A DNA stretch of 27,149 nucleotides. Origin: Candidatus Micrarchaeota archaeon (GTDB lineage Archaea > Micrarchaeota > Micrarchaeia > Anstonellales > Bilamarchaeaceae). The stretch is taken from NCBI GenBank assembly GCA_018304385.1, contig JAGVWJ010000018.1, positions 1-27,149 of the forward strand, in the 5' to 3' direction. Position 1 is the stretch's first letter; each line of letters starts with the position of its first letter. The translations under genes and the position numbers were made by a program. Shown in pieces: positions 1 through 7,981 of the stretch. The notes below the pieces were generated by a model. That model was not told the DNA's origin, ran no database searches, and was given only the letters and a program-made list of their open reading frames with translations.

Positions 1-1
1 T

Positions 2-241
2 AGGGTTGCAGGAAGATTTGTAATAGGTGGAGTAGCAATAATTAGAGATGATTTAGCTTATGGATATGATGACAGCGGTAATATAGTAAGTTCTGTTACT
101 GATATTCCTACAGGTGTCATCCCTCTTCATCCATTTATCGCAGAAGACGTATCCCCTTCTACATATGACTGGATAAGAATTCGCAGATACATTGACCCAG
201 AACCAACTAGTTTATTAGGAGAAGAACAAGAGGCACCCTAA
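2..241 (+). CDS. 3' end of a 5'-truncated gene; probable DUF2341-type surface/secreted protein C-terminus
   Basis: Frame 2 is open from base 2 to TAA at 239-241 and ends ...TYDWIRIRRYIDPEPTSLLGEEQEAP. This resembles the 'DWxRVRKYxxPEP' tail of DUF2341 proteins. Not in the ORF track because the start is outside the window. Confidence 0.5.
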   Translation, partial: RVAGRFVIGGVAIIRDDLAYGYDDSGNIVSSVTDIPTGVIPLHPFIAEDVSPSTYDWIRIRRYIDPEPTSLLGEEQEAP

Positions 242-242
242 A

Positions 243-596
243 CTATTTTCTAACTTTCTTTTTTGATAGTTTCTTTGTTACTTTTCCAAAAACAACTGGT
301 TTTTCTAATTGTTTGTTTTCTACCCTTCTTTCTTGTTCTAGTTTCTGAGTAGTAAATTCATCGACATGTTTCTTTTTAACAAAATACAAAAATAGTAATC
401 CACCTGCTGCAAATAATAAGATAGCTATAATGTATTGCTGCAATGTAAGAAATAGTAATACAACAACTAGCAAAGCAGATAAAATAACATCTTTATTAAT
501 AAGCGGCAAACCAAGCCTTTGATTTTTGTATAAATACGTTACTAAAACAATAATCGCAGCACCCATCAAAAACGCAAATATCAATGCAAGAACCAT
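243..596 (-). CDS. Small membrane protein (2-3 TM helices, basic C-terminal tail)
   Basis: 117-aa ORF with hydrophobic N-terminal segments and a Lys-rich tail; co-oriented 22 bp downstream of pit. Confidence 0.6.
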   Translation of the reverse strand: MVLALIFAFLMGAAIIVLVTYLYKNQRLGLPLINKDVILSALLVVVLLFLTLQQYIIAILLFAAGGLLFLYFVKKKHVDEFTTQKLEQERRVENKQLEKPVVFGKVTKKLSKKKVRK

Positions 597-618
597 ATTA
601 AGAAGACCAAATTAAAGT

Positions 619-1617
619 TTAAAAACCCAATACTAGTGCACCAATTTTGTAAGCTAGGAATCCAAGCAAAATAGATACAGGAATTGTTAATACCCAACCA
701 ATAAGAATCTCGCGTAATACGCTAGCACGCATTGCGTGACCTCCCTTTGCAGCGCTTACGCCTATTATTGATCCTGAAACAGTTTGTGATGTACTTAACG
801 GTGAGCCAATTGCAGATGCACCAGCAACAACAAGCGCAGCGCTCGTTTCTGCAGCAAATCCTTGCCATGGCTTTATTCTTGCAAGTTTAAAACCCATTGT
901 CTTAACAATGCGCCAACCACCAAATAGCGTGCCAAATGAAAGTGCTAAGAATGTAACTAACTTTAACCAAAAAGGAATTGCTTCACCTGGTGTTGCCATA
1001 TTGTAAAATATAAACATCGCAATCAACAATCCAGTTGATTTTTGCCCATCATTTGCGCCATGAGATATAGAAAAGAATAATGAAGAGAGTACTTGTAATT
1101 TTTTAAAATATATATTTGATATGTGTTGTGGTACATTCCTAATAACCCTCAATATAATCGCAACAAATATTATAACTCCAATAAACGCAATCAGTGGTGC
1201 AATAGCCATCGGTATGAGTGTTTTTCCTAATACATTCTCCCATTTAACTACTTCTATACCACGTGCAGCAATCGCCCCACCGATTAATGTGCCTATTAGT
1301 ACTTGGGTTTCTGATATCGGTATCCCCCTTCTATAAGTTATTATTTCCCAAACCATGCCGCCGAGTATCGCGGCAATTACTAAAAATCCAGAAACTACTG
1401 TTGGATCTATTAATCCTTTTCCAATTGTTGCAGCTACTGCCTCACCTAAAAACATCCCAATCAAATTCCCAAAGGCAGCGAGCATAACTGCTTGCATTGG
1501 CGTAAGCACGCGTGTTGCAACAACTGTTGTAATTGCATTTGATGCGTCGCTAAAACCACTCCAAAAAGTCCAAAATAGCACTAGTGCAACCGCGATTAAA
1601 AATACTATTTCTATCAT
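619..1617 (-). CDS. pit: PiT family inorganic phosphate transporter
   Basis: PiT signatures 'GFSDASNAITTVVATRVL', 'SHGANDGQK', 'GGWRIVKTMG' and 'PLSTSQTVSGSIIGV'; multi-TM; adjacent to DUF47. Confidence 0.93.
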   Translation of the reverse strand: MIEIVFLIAVALVLFWTFWSGFSDASNAITTVVATRVLTPMQAVMLAAFGNLIGMFLGEAVAATIGKGLIDPTVVSGFLVIAAILGGMVWEIITYRRGIPISETQVLIGTLIGGAIAARGIEVVKWENVLGKTLIPMAIAPLIAFIGVIIFVAIILRVIRNVPQHISNIYFKKLQVLSSLFFSISHGANDGQKSTGLLIAMFIFYNMATPGEAIPFWLKLVTFLALSFGTLFGGWRIVKTMGFKLARIKPWQGFAAETSAALVVAGASAIGSPLSTSQTVSGSIIGVSAAKGGHAMRASVLREILIGWVLTIPVSILLGFLAYKIGALVLGF

Positions 1618-1626
1618 TGCCTAACC

Positions 1627-2253
1627 TTATGAGTACTTCAATCTAATATCTAAAATTACATTGCTTACGTCTTCACATTTATCTGTTATTATCTCTAAAT
1701 ATTCGTAAATTTCTTTTAGTTTTATTATCTCTATTGGGTTCTTTAGTTCAAATAACTTTGATATCTCAGTATATAACAGATCATCAGCAGCGTTCTCCAG
1801 CTTGTGTATTTCTATGCAGTTTTTTTCCATATCCTCTTTTTTAAGGTCCTTTATATCATTCATTGCATCATTTATGTGTTTAACTTGCTCAGCAATTATC
1901 TTTGCGAATTCCTTCATAGTAGGTGTCGGCTTCTTTATTTTATATAAGTAAATTCTGTTTACTGTAGCGAATATATAATCGAGTACATCATCATAAAAGC
2001 TTGTTAATCTACTTATGTCTTCGTGATCTAGTGGTGTAACCAGTGTTTGGTTTAGTCTGTAGTATATATCATGAACAATGGTATCACCATTATGTTCTAA
2101 ATCTTTAATTTTTTTTCTTTTTTCTTCGATCTTTGAAAAATTTATCATTAACTCAGAAAATACCTTTGAAGCTTCCGCTAGATTTTCAGATTGTTTTGCA
2201 AATAGCTCGAAAAATATCTTATCCTGTGGTATTATCCATTCTTTAAAACCCAT
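1627..2253 (-). CDS. DUF47 / PhoU-like phosphate transport regulator
   Basis: 'IKDLEHNGDTIVHDIYYRLNQTLVTPLDHEDI' and 'EIHKLENAADD...ITDKCEDV' are typical DUF47 repeats; classic DUF47-pit pairing. Confidence 0.9.
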   Translation of the reverse strand: MGFKEWIIPQDKIFFELFAKQSENLAEASKVFSELMINFSKIEEKRKKIKDLEHNGDTIVHDIYYRLNQTLVTPLDHEDISRLTSFYDDVLDYIFATVNRIYLYKIKKPTPTMKEFAKIIAEQVKHINDAMNDIKDLKKEDMEKNCIEIHKLENAADDLLYTEISKLFELKNPIEIIKLKEIYEYLEIITDKCEDVSNVILDIRLKYS

Positions 2254-2283
2254 GCTATACCCCCCATGCTCATCGCCAAATAC

Positions 2284-2718
2284 CTATCTCACCAATTCAT
2301 CAGCTTTAAAGTTTCGTTCACAGTAGTGACAGCGAAATCCTTGTTCTTCTTTGCTAAATATTCTCTCTGCATGCTCCGTGTTACATATACAATTCGGATT
2401 TGGGCAAATTCCCACTTTCTTTAGTAGGTTTGGTATTTCCACCTCTCTTTTCTCTACTACTTTCCCGTTTTTTATTATGTTTATAGTAGATTGCGGGGCC
2501 ATCAAGGCAACCAAATTAGTTTGTTCCTCATTTAAGAAAGTGCCTTCTATTTTTACTATGTCCTTCTTGTTTAATCTTTTGCTCGGTACATTCATAACCA
2601 AGGCAACGCGGCCAGCACTGTTCTTATCTATACCAAGCATCTCAACTACTTTTTTTCCTTTTCCTGCACGAATATGGTCTATCACTGTTCCATTTTCTAT
2701 TGGTTCTACATTTAACAT
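2284..2718 (-). CDS. pyrI: Aspartate carbamoyltransferase regulatory subunit
   Basis: 'IENGTVIDHI', 'KKDIVKIE' and Zn ligands 'CPNPNCI...CHYCE'. Start moved to the ATG at 2718 (MLNVEPIENG); the track's extra 22 aa overlap a hairpin-rich leader. Confidence 0.93.
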   Translation of the reverse strand: MLNVEPIENGTVIDHIRAGKGKKVVEMLGIDKNSAGRVALVMNVPSKRLNKKDIVKIEGTFLNEEQTNLVALMAPQSTINIIKNGKVVEKREVEIPNLLKKVGICPNPNCICNTEHAERIFSKEEQGFRCHYCERNFKADELVR

Positions 2719-2924
2719 CTGTGTCTTCCCCCTATTTCCTAATTGTTGCATTGCAACAATAGGCATCTTGTCACTTTGTGACAAGCTTGTCTCCTTCTTA
2801 CGAAGCCATCGTTTTACTTATGAAGCCTTTAGTGACGCGATACCCCTATTTTCTTTATGGTCGCGTCGGCCGTTTTATATATTTCTTATGTAACAGAAAC
2901 TCATGACCGCAAATCCACAACCAA

Positions 2925-3812
2925 TCAATTACTTAGCACGTAATCTATAATAGCCATTCTTACTGGTATGCCGTAATGCGCTTGTTCGAAATATCTTGCT
3001 TTATCGCTTGTGTCTACTTCTTCAGAAATTTCATTTATTTTTGGGAGTGGACTTAGTATTACAATGTCCTTTTTTGCATTTTGGAGATGCCCCATATTTA
3101 GCATAAATTGTTCTTTGACTCTTTTGGCTTCATATGGGTCCGCAAATCTTTCTTCCTGAATTCTACAAATATATAATACATCAGCATCTTCAAAGCTGAG
3201 ATCGCTTTTTGTTTTTATTTTTGCCTCGAATTTTTCTTCTATTTCCTTTACCAGTTTTGGTTCTAATTCCAGACCTTTTGGCGAGATTAAAGTAATTTTT
3301 GCACCAAACATTGCGAGTGCATAAACAAGTGATTGCATGGTTCTTGCATGTCTTAAATCTCCGGCTAATGAAATATTCATATTCGCTATTTTTCCCTTTG
3401 TTTTTCTTATTGTAAATAAATCGATTAACGCCTGGGTAGGATGTTGGTTTCCCCCATCACCTCCATTTATTACAGGTGTATTAACTACGTCAGCGGCTAA
3501 TCTCGCCGCGCCTTCCTTTGGATGTCTTATAACAAGTATATCAGCATAACCACTGATCACCTTGACAGTATCCAAAAATGTTTCTCCTTTTTTTATTGAG
3601 CTTGTTTCTGGCGTGAAATCTATATAATTCATGCCTAAGCGCAAGGCTGCTGATTGAAAACTTAATCGTGTACGAGTACTAGGTTCAAAAAATAGTGTTG
3701 CAATTATCTTATCGTATTTTCTTTTTGCTTTTCCTTTAGCCATATCTTCAGCTAAATCCAAAATTTTTTCAATTTCTTTTTTCTCTAGGTCTCTAATCGA
3801 TATCAAATCCAT
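2925..3812 (-). CDS. pyrB: Aspartate carbamoyltransferase catalytic subunit
   Basis: 'FFEPSTRTRLSF', 'KGET', 'INGGDGGNQHPTQALIDL', 'GDLRHARTMQSL', 'RIQEERF'. Confidence 0.97.
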   Translation of the reverse strand: MDLISIRDLEKKEIEKILDLAEDMAKGKAKRKYDKIIATLFFEPSTRTRLSFQSAALRLGMNYIDFTPETSSIKKGETFLDTVKVISGYADILVIRHPKEGAARLAADVVNTPVINGGDGGNQHPTQALIDLFTIRKTKGKIANMNISLAGDLRHARTMQSLVYALAMFGAKITLISPKGLELEPKLVKEIEEKFEAKIKTKSDLSFEDADVLYICRIQEERFADPYEAKRVKEQFMLNMGHLQNAKKDIVILSPLPKINEISEEVDTSDKARYFEQAHYGIPVRMAIIDYVLSN

Positions 3813-3863
3813 TTATTGCACCATAATATCTTGTAGCCCAAGCTTTATATTTATTTGTTAGTT

Positions 3864-5288
3864 TCATTTTATCAATAAGACTATTATTATCACTACAAGC
3901 AGAATAAACAGAAGGAATATTGCAACCCATTTCAATCTATTCCATGATTGATTGACCTGCCTAGTGACCTTTTTATCGTGCGCTATGTTTTGTCTAGTAC
4001 TTTCATCCCAATATGTTCTTCTCTCTAGTGGCAGTTTGCGTATTGCAGGTCCGCCAACAAACTCAGTTCTCCTCCATTCAGTTTTTTCGTAATATTTTGA
4101 AAGCAGCGTTTGGTTTATTTTTGATTTAACCTGCTCATCACTTGCAACATCCATAAAGCTTCTTGGTGGAGCAATCATTGTTTTTACTGGGTTAAATGGT
4201 CTACCAGTTTCGTCAAGCGCAGAAACAAATGCAATACCATTTCCAAGCATAGGAATTTCCTTTTCTAAATCGTATTCTTCTGACGGAGGGAATGCATTTG
4301 CAATCCCCCGGATATCAGCAAGCTCATTTTTTGTAAATGCGCGCAATGCAAACTCTATCTTGCAGCCTAACTGCTCAAGGATCTTTTCAGGAATGTCCTC
4401 TGGGTTTTGCGAGCTGAAAAAAACACCAACACCTTTGCTGCGGATTTGCTTAAGGATGGTTATTATTAAATTTACAAGATTTGGATTTGCATCCTGAAAC
4501 AAATAGTGTGCCTCATCAATAAATACAATTAATTTTGGCTTGCTAACATCTCCAACATCAGGCAATTCATTGAATAGCCTGTATATTACAAAAGACATTA
4601 ATATCGCCAGAATATCGCTTCGCCTACGCCAATCAGATAAATTAATTACATTAATTCCTTGCATTAAGTCTTCTATTTGCACAGCAGGTTCACCAAAAAA
4701 TTCGTTCATACCTTCTCCTATTGCTATTTTTACCTGTCTTAGAATAATGTTTATACTGCTAGCATGCGCGCCTTCTATTGCACCAGGTGTTTTTGCAATA
4801 AATTCTAATAGATTTTTTAAATCAATCAAATCAGTTAATGCGATATCCTTTGCCTTTGCATATAAATACGATATCCTCAGATTACTTTCTTGAGTTGAAT
4901 TTAATTTTAATATTCTTGAAATTAACACAGGATCAATATCACTTAACCTTAACCGAAATGGAACAAAGCGTTGCGAAACAGACCAATAATTAGTTTCGAA
5001 TCCTTCTGGTGTGTAGCTTAGTTTCATTTTTTTAGCTCGCTCGAGCGCTTTTTCCGAATTGTTTGGAAATGCGAAACCAGAAATATCCCCTTTTAAATCT
5101 CCTAACAAAACCGGAATGCCTTGTTCTGCGAGCTTTTCTACAATAACTTGTATTGCACGTGATTTGCCTGTACCAGTGCTACCACCAACCATACCATGCA
5201 AATTAAGAGTCTTTAGCGGAAGATTAACCTCGATATCTATTATTTTCTCTTTTTCTAGTCCTTTACCAATAAATATGTTTTCTGTCAT
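3864..5288 (-). CDS. DUF853/YjgR-type HerA-FtsK superfamily ATPase with C-terminal TM anchor
   Basis: Walker A 'HGMVGGSTGTGKS', 'DLKGDISG', Walker B 'VFIDEAH', 'QIRSKGVGVFFSSQNPEDIP'; hydrophobic C-terminal helix. Confidence 0.8.
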   Translation of the reverse strand: MTENIFIGKGLEKEKIIDIEVNLPLKTLNLHGMVGGSTGTGKSRAIQVIVEKLAEQGIPVLLGDLKGDISGFAFPNNSEKALERAKKMKLSYTPEGFETNYWSVSQRFVPFRLRLSDIDPVLISRILKLNSTQESNLRISYLYAKAKDIALTDLIDLKNLLEFIAKTPGAIEGAHASSINIILRQVKIAIGEGMNEFFGEPAVQIEDLMQGINVINLSDWRRRSDILAILMSFVIYRLFNELPDVGDVSKPKLIVFIDEAHYLFQDANPNLVNLIITILKQIRSKGVGVFFSSQNPEDIPEKILEQLGCKIEFALRAFTKNELADIRGIANAFPPSEEYDLEKEIPMLGNGIAFVSALDETGRPFNPVKTMIAPPRSFMDVASDEQVKSKINQTLLSKYYEKTEWRRTEFVGGPAIRKLPLERRTYWDESTRQNIAHDKKVTRQVNQSWNRLKWVAIFLLFILLVVIIIVLLIK

Positions 5289-5339
5289 ATAACCTTTCCG
5301 ACAGTTACTCTTTTAATTCTGTATATATGAATTATTTGC

Positions 5340-5909
5340 ATGGGCAAGCTTATAATATTTGAAGGGCTCGATGCTAGCGGGAAGGGTACGCAAATAGATT
5401 TATTAAGGTCAAAATTTAACTGCACTGTTTTCAAATACCCTACTCATTCATTTTCAATTCTCGATGCTTATTTAAACAAAAAAATAGAAATAGATCGCAA
5501 GGCGCTTTTTCTTTTGTTTCTTGCTGATATTGCAAATGAGCAGCAAAAGTTAAGCGTTGCTTTAGCGCATTATGAATATGTTTTTGTTGACCGCTATGTT
5601 TTTTCCACTATCGCCTACGAGCTAGATAGTATTACTTACCAAAAGGCAAAAAAGATCGTAAGCGAAATTGATTTTATTAAGCCAGATAAGGTAGTACTAC
5701 TTGATATAGATTCGAAGACTGCGCAAACTCGCAAAATAAAACAGAAAAAGCTTGATCGCTATGAGGAAAATGCCACTTATTTAGAAAGCGTTCGTAAGAA
5801 TTTTCTTAAGCTATATGAAGATAAATTTTTAGCAGAGTGGCATAAGGTTGATGCGATGCGCAGTGTGGATGAGATACATAAAGATATTTTAAATGTTCTG
5901 AAGAAATGA
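5340..5909 (+). CDS. tmk: Thymidylate kinase
   Basis: P-loop 'IIFEGLDASGKGTQ', 'FVDRYVFSTIAY', 'KPDKVVLLDI'. Confidence 0.9.
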   Translation: MGKLIIFEGLDASGKGTQIDLLRSKFNCTVFKYPTHSFSILDAYLNKKIEIDRKALFLLFLADIANEQQKLSVALAHYEYVFVDRYVFSTIAYELDSITYQKAKKIVSEIDFIKPDKVVLLDIDSKTAQTRKIKQKKLDRYEENATYLESVRKNFLKLYEDKFLAEWHKVDAMRSVDEIHKDILNVLKK

Positions 5910-6006
5910 TTATCTACCTTTTCTTAAGGTTATTTCTAATCGTTAGAAAGCTTCATGTAGTGAGGCATGAAGATATTGGAAATATATGTTTGCTCCGTTA
6001 ATCTAG

Positions 6007-6085
6007 TGTCTTTTTTGATATATGTTGCTCCAAGGGCAAAAACGACGCAAAAGCCCTGAGAAAAAACTTGTCAAAAGACGGACAT
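6007..6085 (+). other. tRNA intron 1 in the D-loop (approx. position 15/16), ~79 nt
   Basis: Intron ends pair (GTCTTTT 6008-6014 / AAAAGAC 6073-6079), leaving a 3-nt AGT bulge and an imperfect ATCT/GGAC helix (relaxed BHB). Internal hairpin AGGGC/GCCCT. Boundary uncertain by ~1 nt. Confidence 0.75.
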
Positions 6086-6130
6086 CCCGGCCAAGGATGC
6101 AGGACTTTCAATCCTGTAACCCGGGTTCAA

Positions 6131-6188
6131 AATTTTAGGAGAATGACCTTTATTGGCGGTTTTGGGCCGCCTTTTCCTAAAAGGCGGA
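6131..6188 (+). other. tRNA intron 2 in the T-loop (approx. position 58/59-59/60), ~58 nt
   Basis: Insertion between TTCAA and ATCCCGG; ends pair as TTTTAGGAGAA / TTTTCCTAAAA; the BHB central helix is poor. Boundary ambiguous within the A-run. Confidence 0.75.
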
Positions 6189-6192
6189 ATCC

Positions 6193-6203
6193 CGGACGGA
6201 GCA
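6193..6203 (+). repeat. att-like core copy 1 (CGGACGGAGCA = last 11 nt of tRNA-Glu)
   Basis: Identical 11-mer at 9224-9234 and 10198-10208. Confidence 0.75.
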
Positions 6204-6264
6204 TTTTAGTTTTTCGTATCAAAAAACGGAAGTTATTTAAATATAACTTACGTAAATTGATACT

Positions 6265-7164
6265 ATGAAGATTTTTCCAGAGTTGTCAAAAAACGCATGG
6301 ATAATACTACTTACTCTCAGTTATAACTCTGGAACAGCTGCTCAAATCGCTAGAGAATCAAGCCTTCGCTTAAATCGCATCTCGGAAGCCTTAGATAAAC
6401 TCGAGGAATTTAAAATAATAAAAGACAGAGGAAGAAAACAGCAACTTTCATTAGACTCAACGATGAAAATTACCTTAAGCAAACTCTTAGTAGGTAACTC
6501 CAGAGATAATCTGGCAGAATCACTTGAAGGAAAAAGGCTTAACGTTCTTTTTCAAATCCTTGAAAGCTATGACACGGTTAAAAAATTAAATCTCATTACC
6601 GGATATTCTGTGCCTACAATAAAAAGAATATTGAATAGCTTTCAAAGAGACTTGCTCGTATACCAACCCAAGAAAAGTATTTATAAAATACGTGATGAGT
6701 TCTTACCTAAAATCAAAGAGCTTTATTCGTCATTTTTTGCGTGTTTTGTCGAGAGACTTCAGGGTCAAAAGATAACCTGGAAGAGGATTCTTGCCTTCGG
6801 TAATCGTGTTCTCCTTAAATCCGCTCAATCAGAATTACCTGATTTTGTTCATACTGCATTTAGCCTATTCCACAGATATGGCATTGGTCTCATTCTGACA
6901 AGTGATAATTATTTTGTAAATAAAACAGAGGTTACAAGAGAAGAAGTATTTGTACATGCGCTTGTCTTTTCAATCAATGATGAACGGTATATGCTTTACT
7001 GCAAACTTTTTGCCGACTTGAATAAGTTGACTCTAAAAAAACTGAAAAACTTACCCGCCATTTTTAGAGTTGAGAAGGAGGTGACTTCAATTTTTGAATT
7101 CCTTAGTAAAAAACCATTACCGCAAGAGTATATTGAGTTGAGGCGAGATTATGAAAGAGGTTAA
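6265..7164 (+). CDS. Winged-helix protein; putative antitoxin/regulator of the downstream nucleotidyltransferase
   Basis: Two HTH-like segments ('TAAQIARESSLRLNRISEALDKL', 'VKKLNLITGYSVPTIKRILNSF'); overlaps the next gene by 14 nt. Confidence 0.65.
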   Translation: MKIFPELSKNAWIILLTLSYNSGTAAQIARESSLRLNRISEALDKLEEFKIIKDRGRKQQLSLDSTMKITLSKLLVGNSRDNLAESLEGKRLNVLFQILESYDTVKKLNLITGYSVPTIKRILNSFQRDLLVYQPKKSIYKIRDEFLPKIKELYSSFFACFVERLQGQKITWKRILAFGNRVLLKSAQSELPDFVHTAFSLFHRYGIGLILTSDNYFVNKTEVTREEVFVHALVFSINDERYMLYCKLFADLNKLTLKKLKNLPAIFRVEKEVTSIFEFLSKKPLPQEYIELRRDYERG

Positions 7165-7933
7165 ACTATACCGAAAAGAAGACCTGATAAACGACTTAAG
7201 TGCAGTGGGCAAACGTCTGTCTCGAACAGTTTCGATTTATCTGATTGGCGGTTGTGCAATGTCTCTTAAGGATCTCAAAGAATTTACAAAAGACGTTGAT
7301 ATCATATTCACTTCGCTAGATGATCTTAATCTCTTTGAGAATGAACTAATAGCAATAGGATATGAAAGAACTCTGAAGACGCAAGTGGAATATGATCAGT
7401 TAGGTGCTTCCTCAATTCTAAGGCATACAGAACGGGCAGGTTTTGATCTATTCCATATGAAAGTCTGCAATATGCTCAGCCTCTCTGATGAAATGGTTAA
7501 ACGCTCCTCAAGGTATGATAAAATGGGCAATCTGGAGGTTTTCCTGATTTCAAACGAAGATATTGCACTATTCAAGGGAATAACAGAAAGGCCACGAGAT
7601 ATAGACGACATCTCACTATTGATAAATGCAGATAGACGAAATTTTAACTGGAACACAATCAAAGAGGAATGTGCTTCGCAGAAAGAGCATCTGAAAATCG
7701 AAGGTCATCTGTATAACCGATTGCTAGAACTTTTTGAGAAATATCAGATACGGGCGCCTATACTTTCATGGCTGAAAAATCGTGATAAGAAGGATATTCT
7801 CCATGATGTTTACGAACATCGTTTGAAGGAAGGGTTTACCCATGATCAGATAGTTGAACAATTTATTAAAGATGGATTTAGCAAAAAAGAAATCGCTGTG
7901 CTGGACAGATTTGGAAAGAAAAATAGAAAATAA
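7151..7933 (+). CDS. DUF6036/AbiEii-like nucleotidyltransferase (type IV TA-like toxin)
   Basis: Pol-beta superfamily motif 'LIGGCAMSLKDLKEFTKDVDII' (GG...TxDxD) and C-terminal 'ALFKGITERPRDIDDI' (K...R.D..D). Confidence 0.8.
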   Translation: MKEVKLYRKEDLINDLSAVGKRLSRTVSIYLIGGCAMSLKDLKEFTKDVDIIFTSLDDLNLFENELIAIGYERTLKTQVEYDQLGASSILRHTERAGFDLFHMKVCNMLSLSDEMVKRSSRYDKMGNLEVFLISNEDIALFKGITERPRDIDDISLLINADRRNFNWNTIKEECASQKEHLKIEGHLYNRLLELFEKYQIRAPILSWLKNRDKKDILHDVYEHRLKEGFTHDQIVEQFIKDGFSKKEIAVLDRFGKKNRK

Positions 7934-7935
7934 AA

Positions 7936-7956
7936 TTTACTTTTATGTAAAGTAAA
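7936..7956. terminator. AT-rich inverted repeat between convergent genes, possible bidirectional terminator
   Basis: TTTACTTT-TATGT-AAAGTAAA immediately after the NTase stop codon. Confidence 0.3.
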
Positions 7957-7981
7957 CAGAATCTGCAATCTAGACAATATA

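Larger units (their letters stand above)
5992..6203 (+). tRNA. tRNA-Glu(TTC) interrupted by two non-canonical introns; exons ~5992-6006, ~6086-6130, ~6189-6203
   Basis: Joined exons read GCTCCGT-TA-ATCT-AGCCCGGCCAA-GGAT-G-CAGGA-CTTTCAA-TCCTG-TAAC-CCGGG-TTCAAAT-CCCGG-ACGGAGC-A. This gives a complete cloverleaf: acceptor GCTCCGT/ACGGAGC, anticodon stem CAGGA/TCCTG around TTC, T stem CCGGG/CCCGG. No encoded CCA. Confidence 0.9.

Noticed and set aside
2719-2784. 22-aa N-terminal extension of PyrI
   Set aside because: PyrI similarity begins at MLNVEPIENG, and the extension coincides with stacked hairpins.
1121-5292. Antisense/overlapping ORFs (1121, 1263, 1355, 2078, 2351, 3337, 4540, 5059)
   Set aside because: All lie opposite well-supported genes and have shadow-ORF composition with no motifs.
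6068-6268. 66-aa ORF in the track
   Set aside because: It overlaps tRNA-Glu exons 2-3 and both introns; an artefact of GC-rich RNA sequence.
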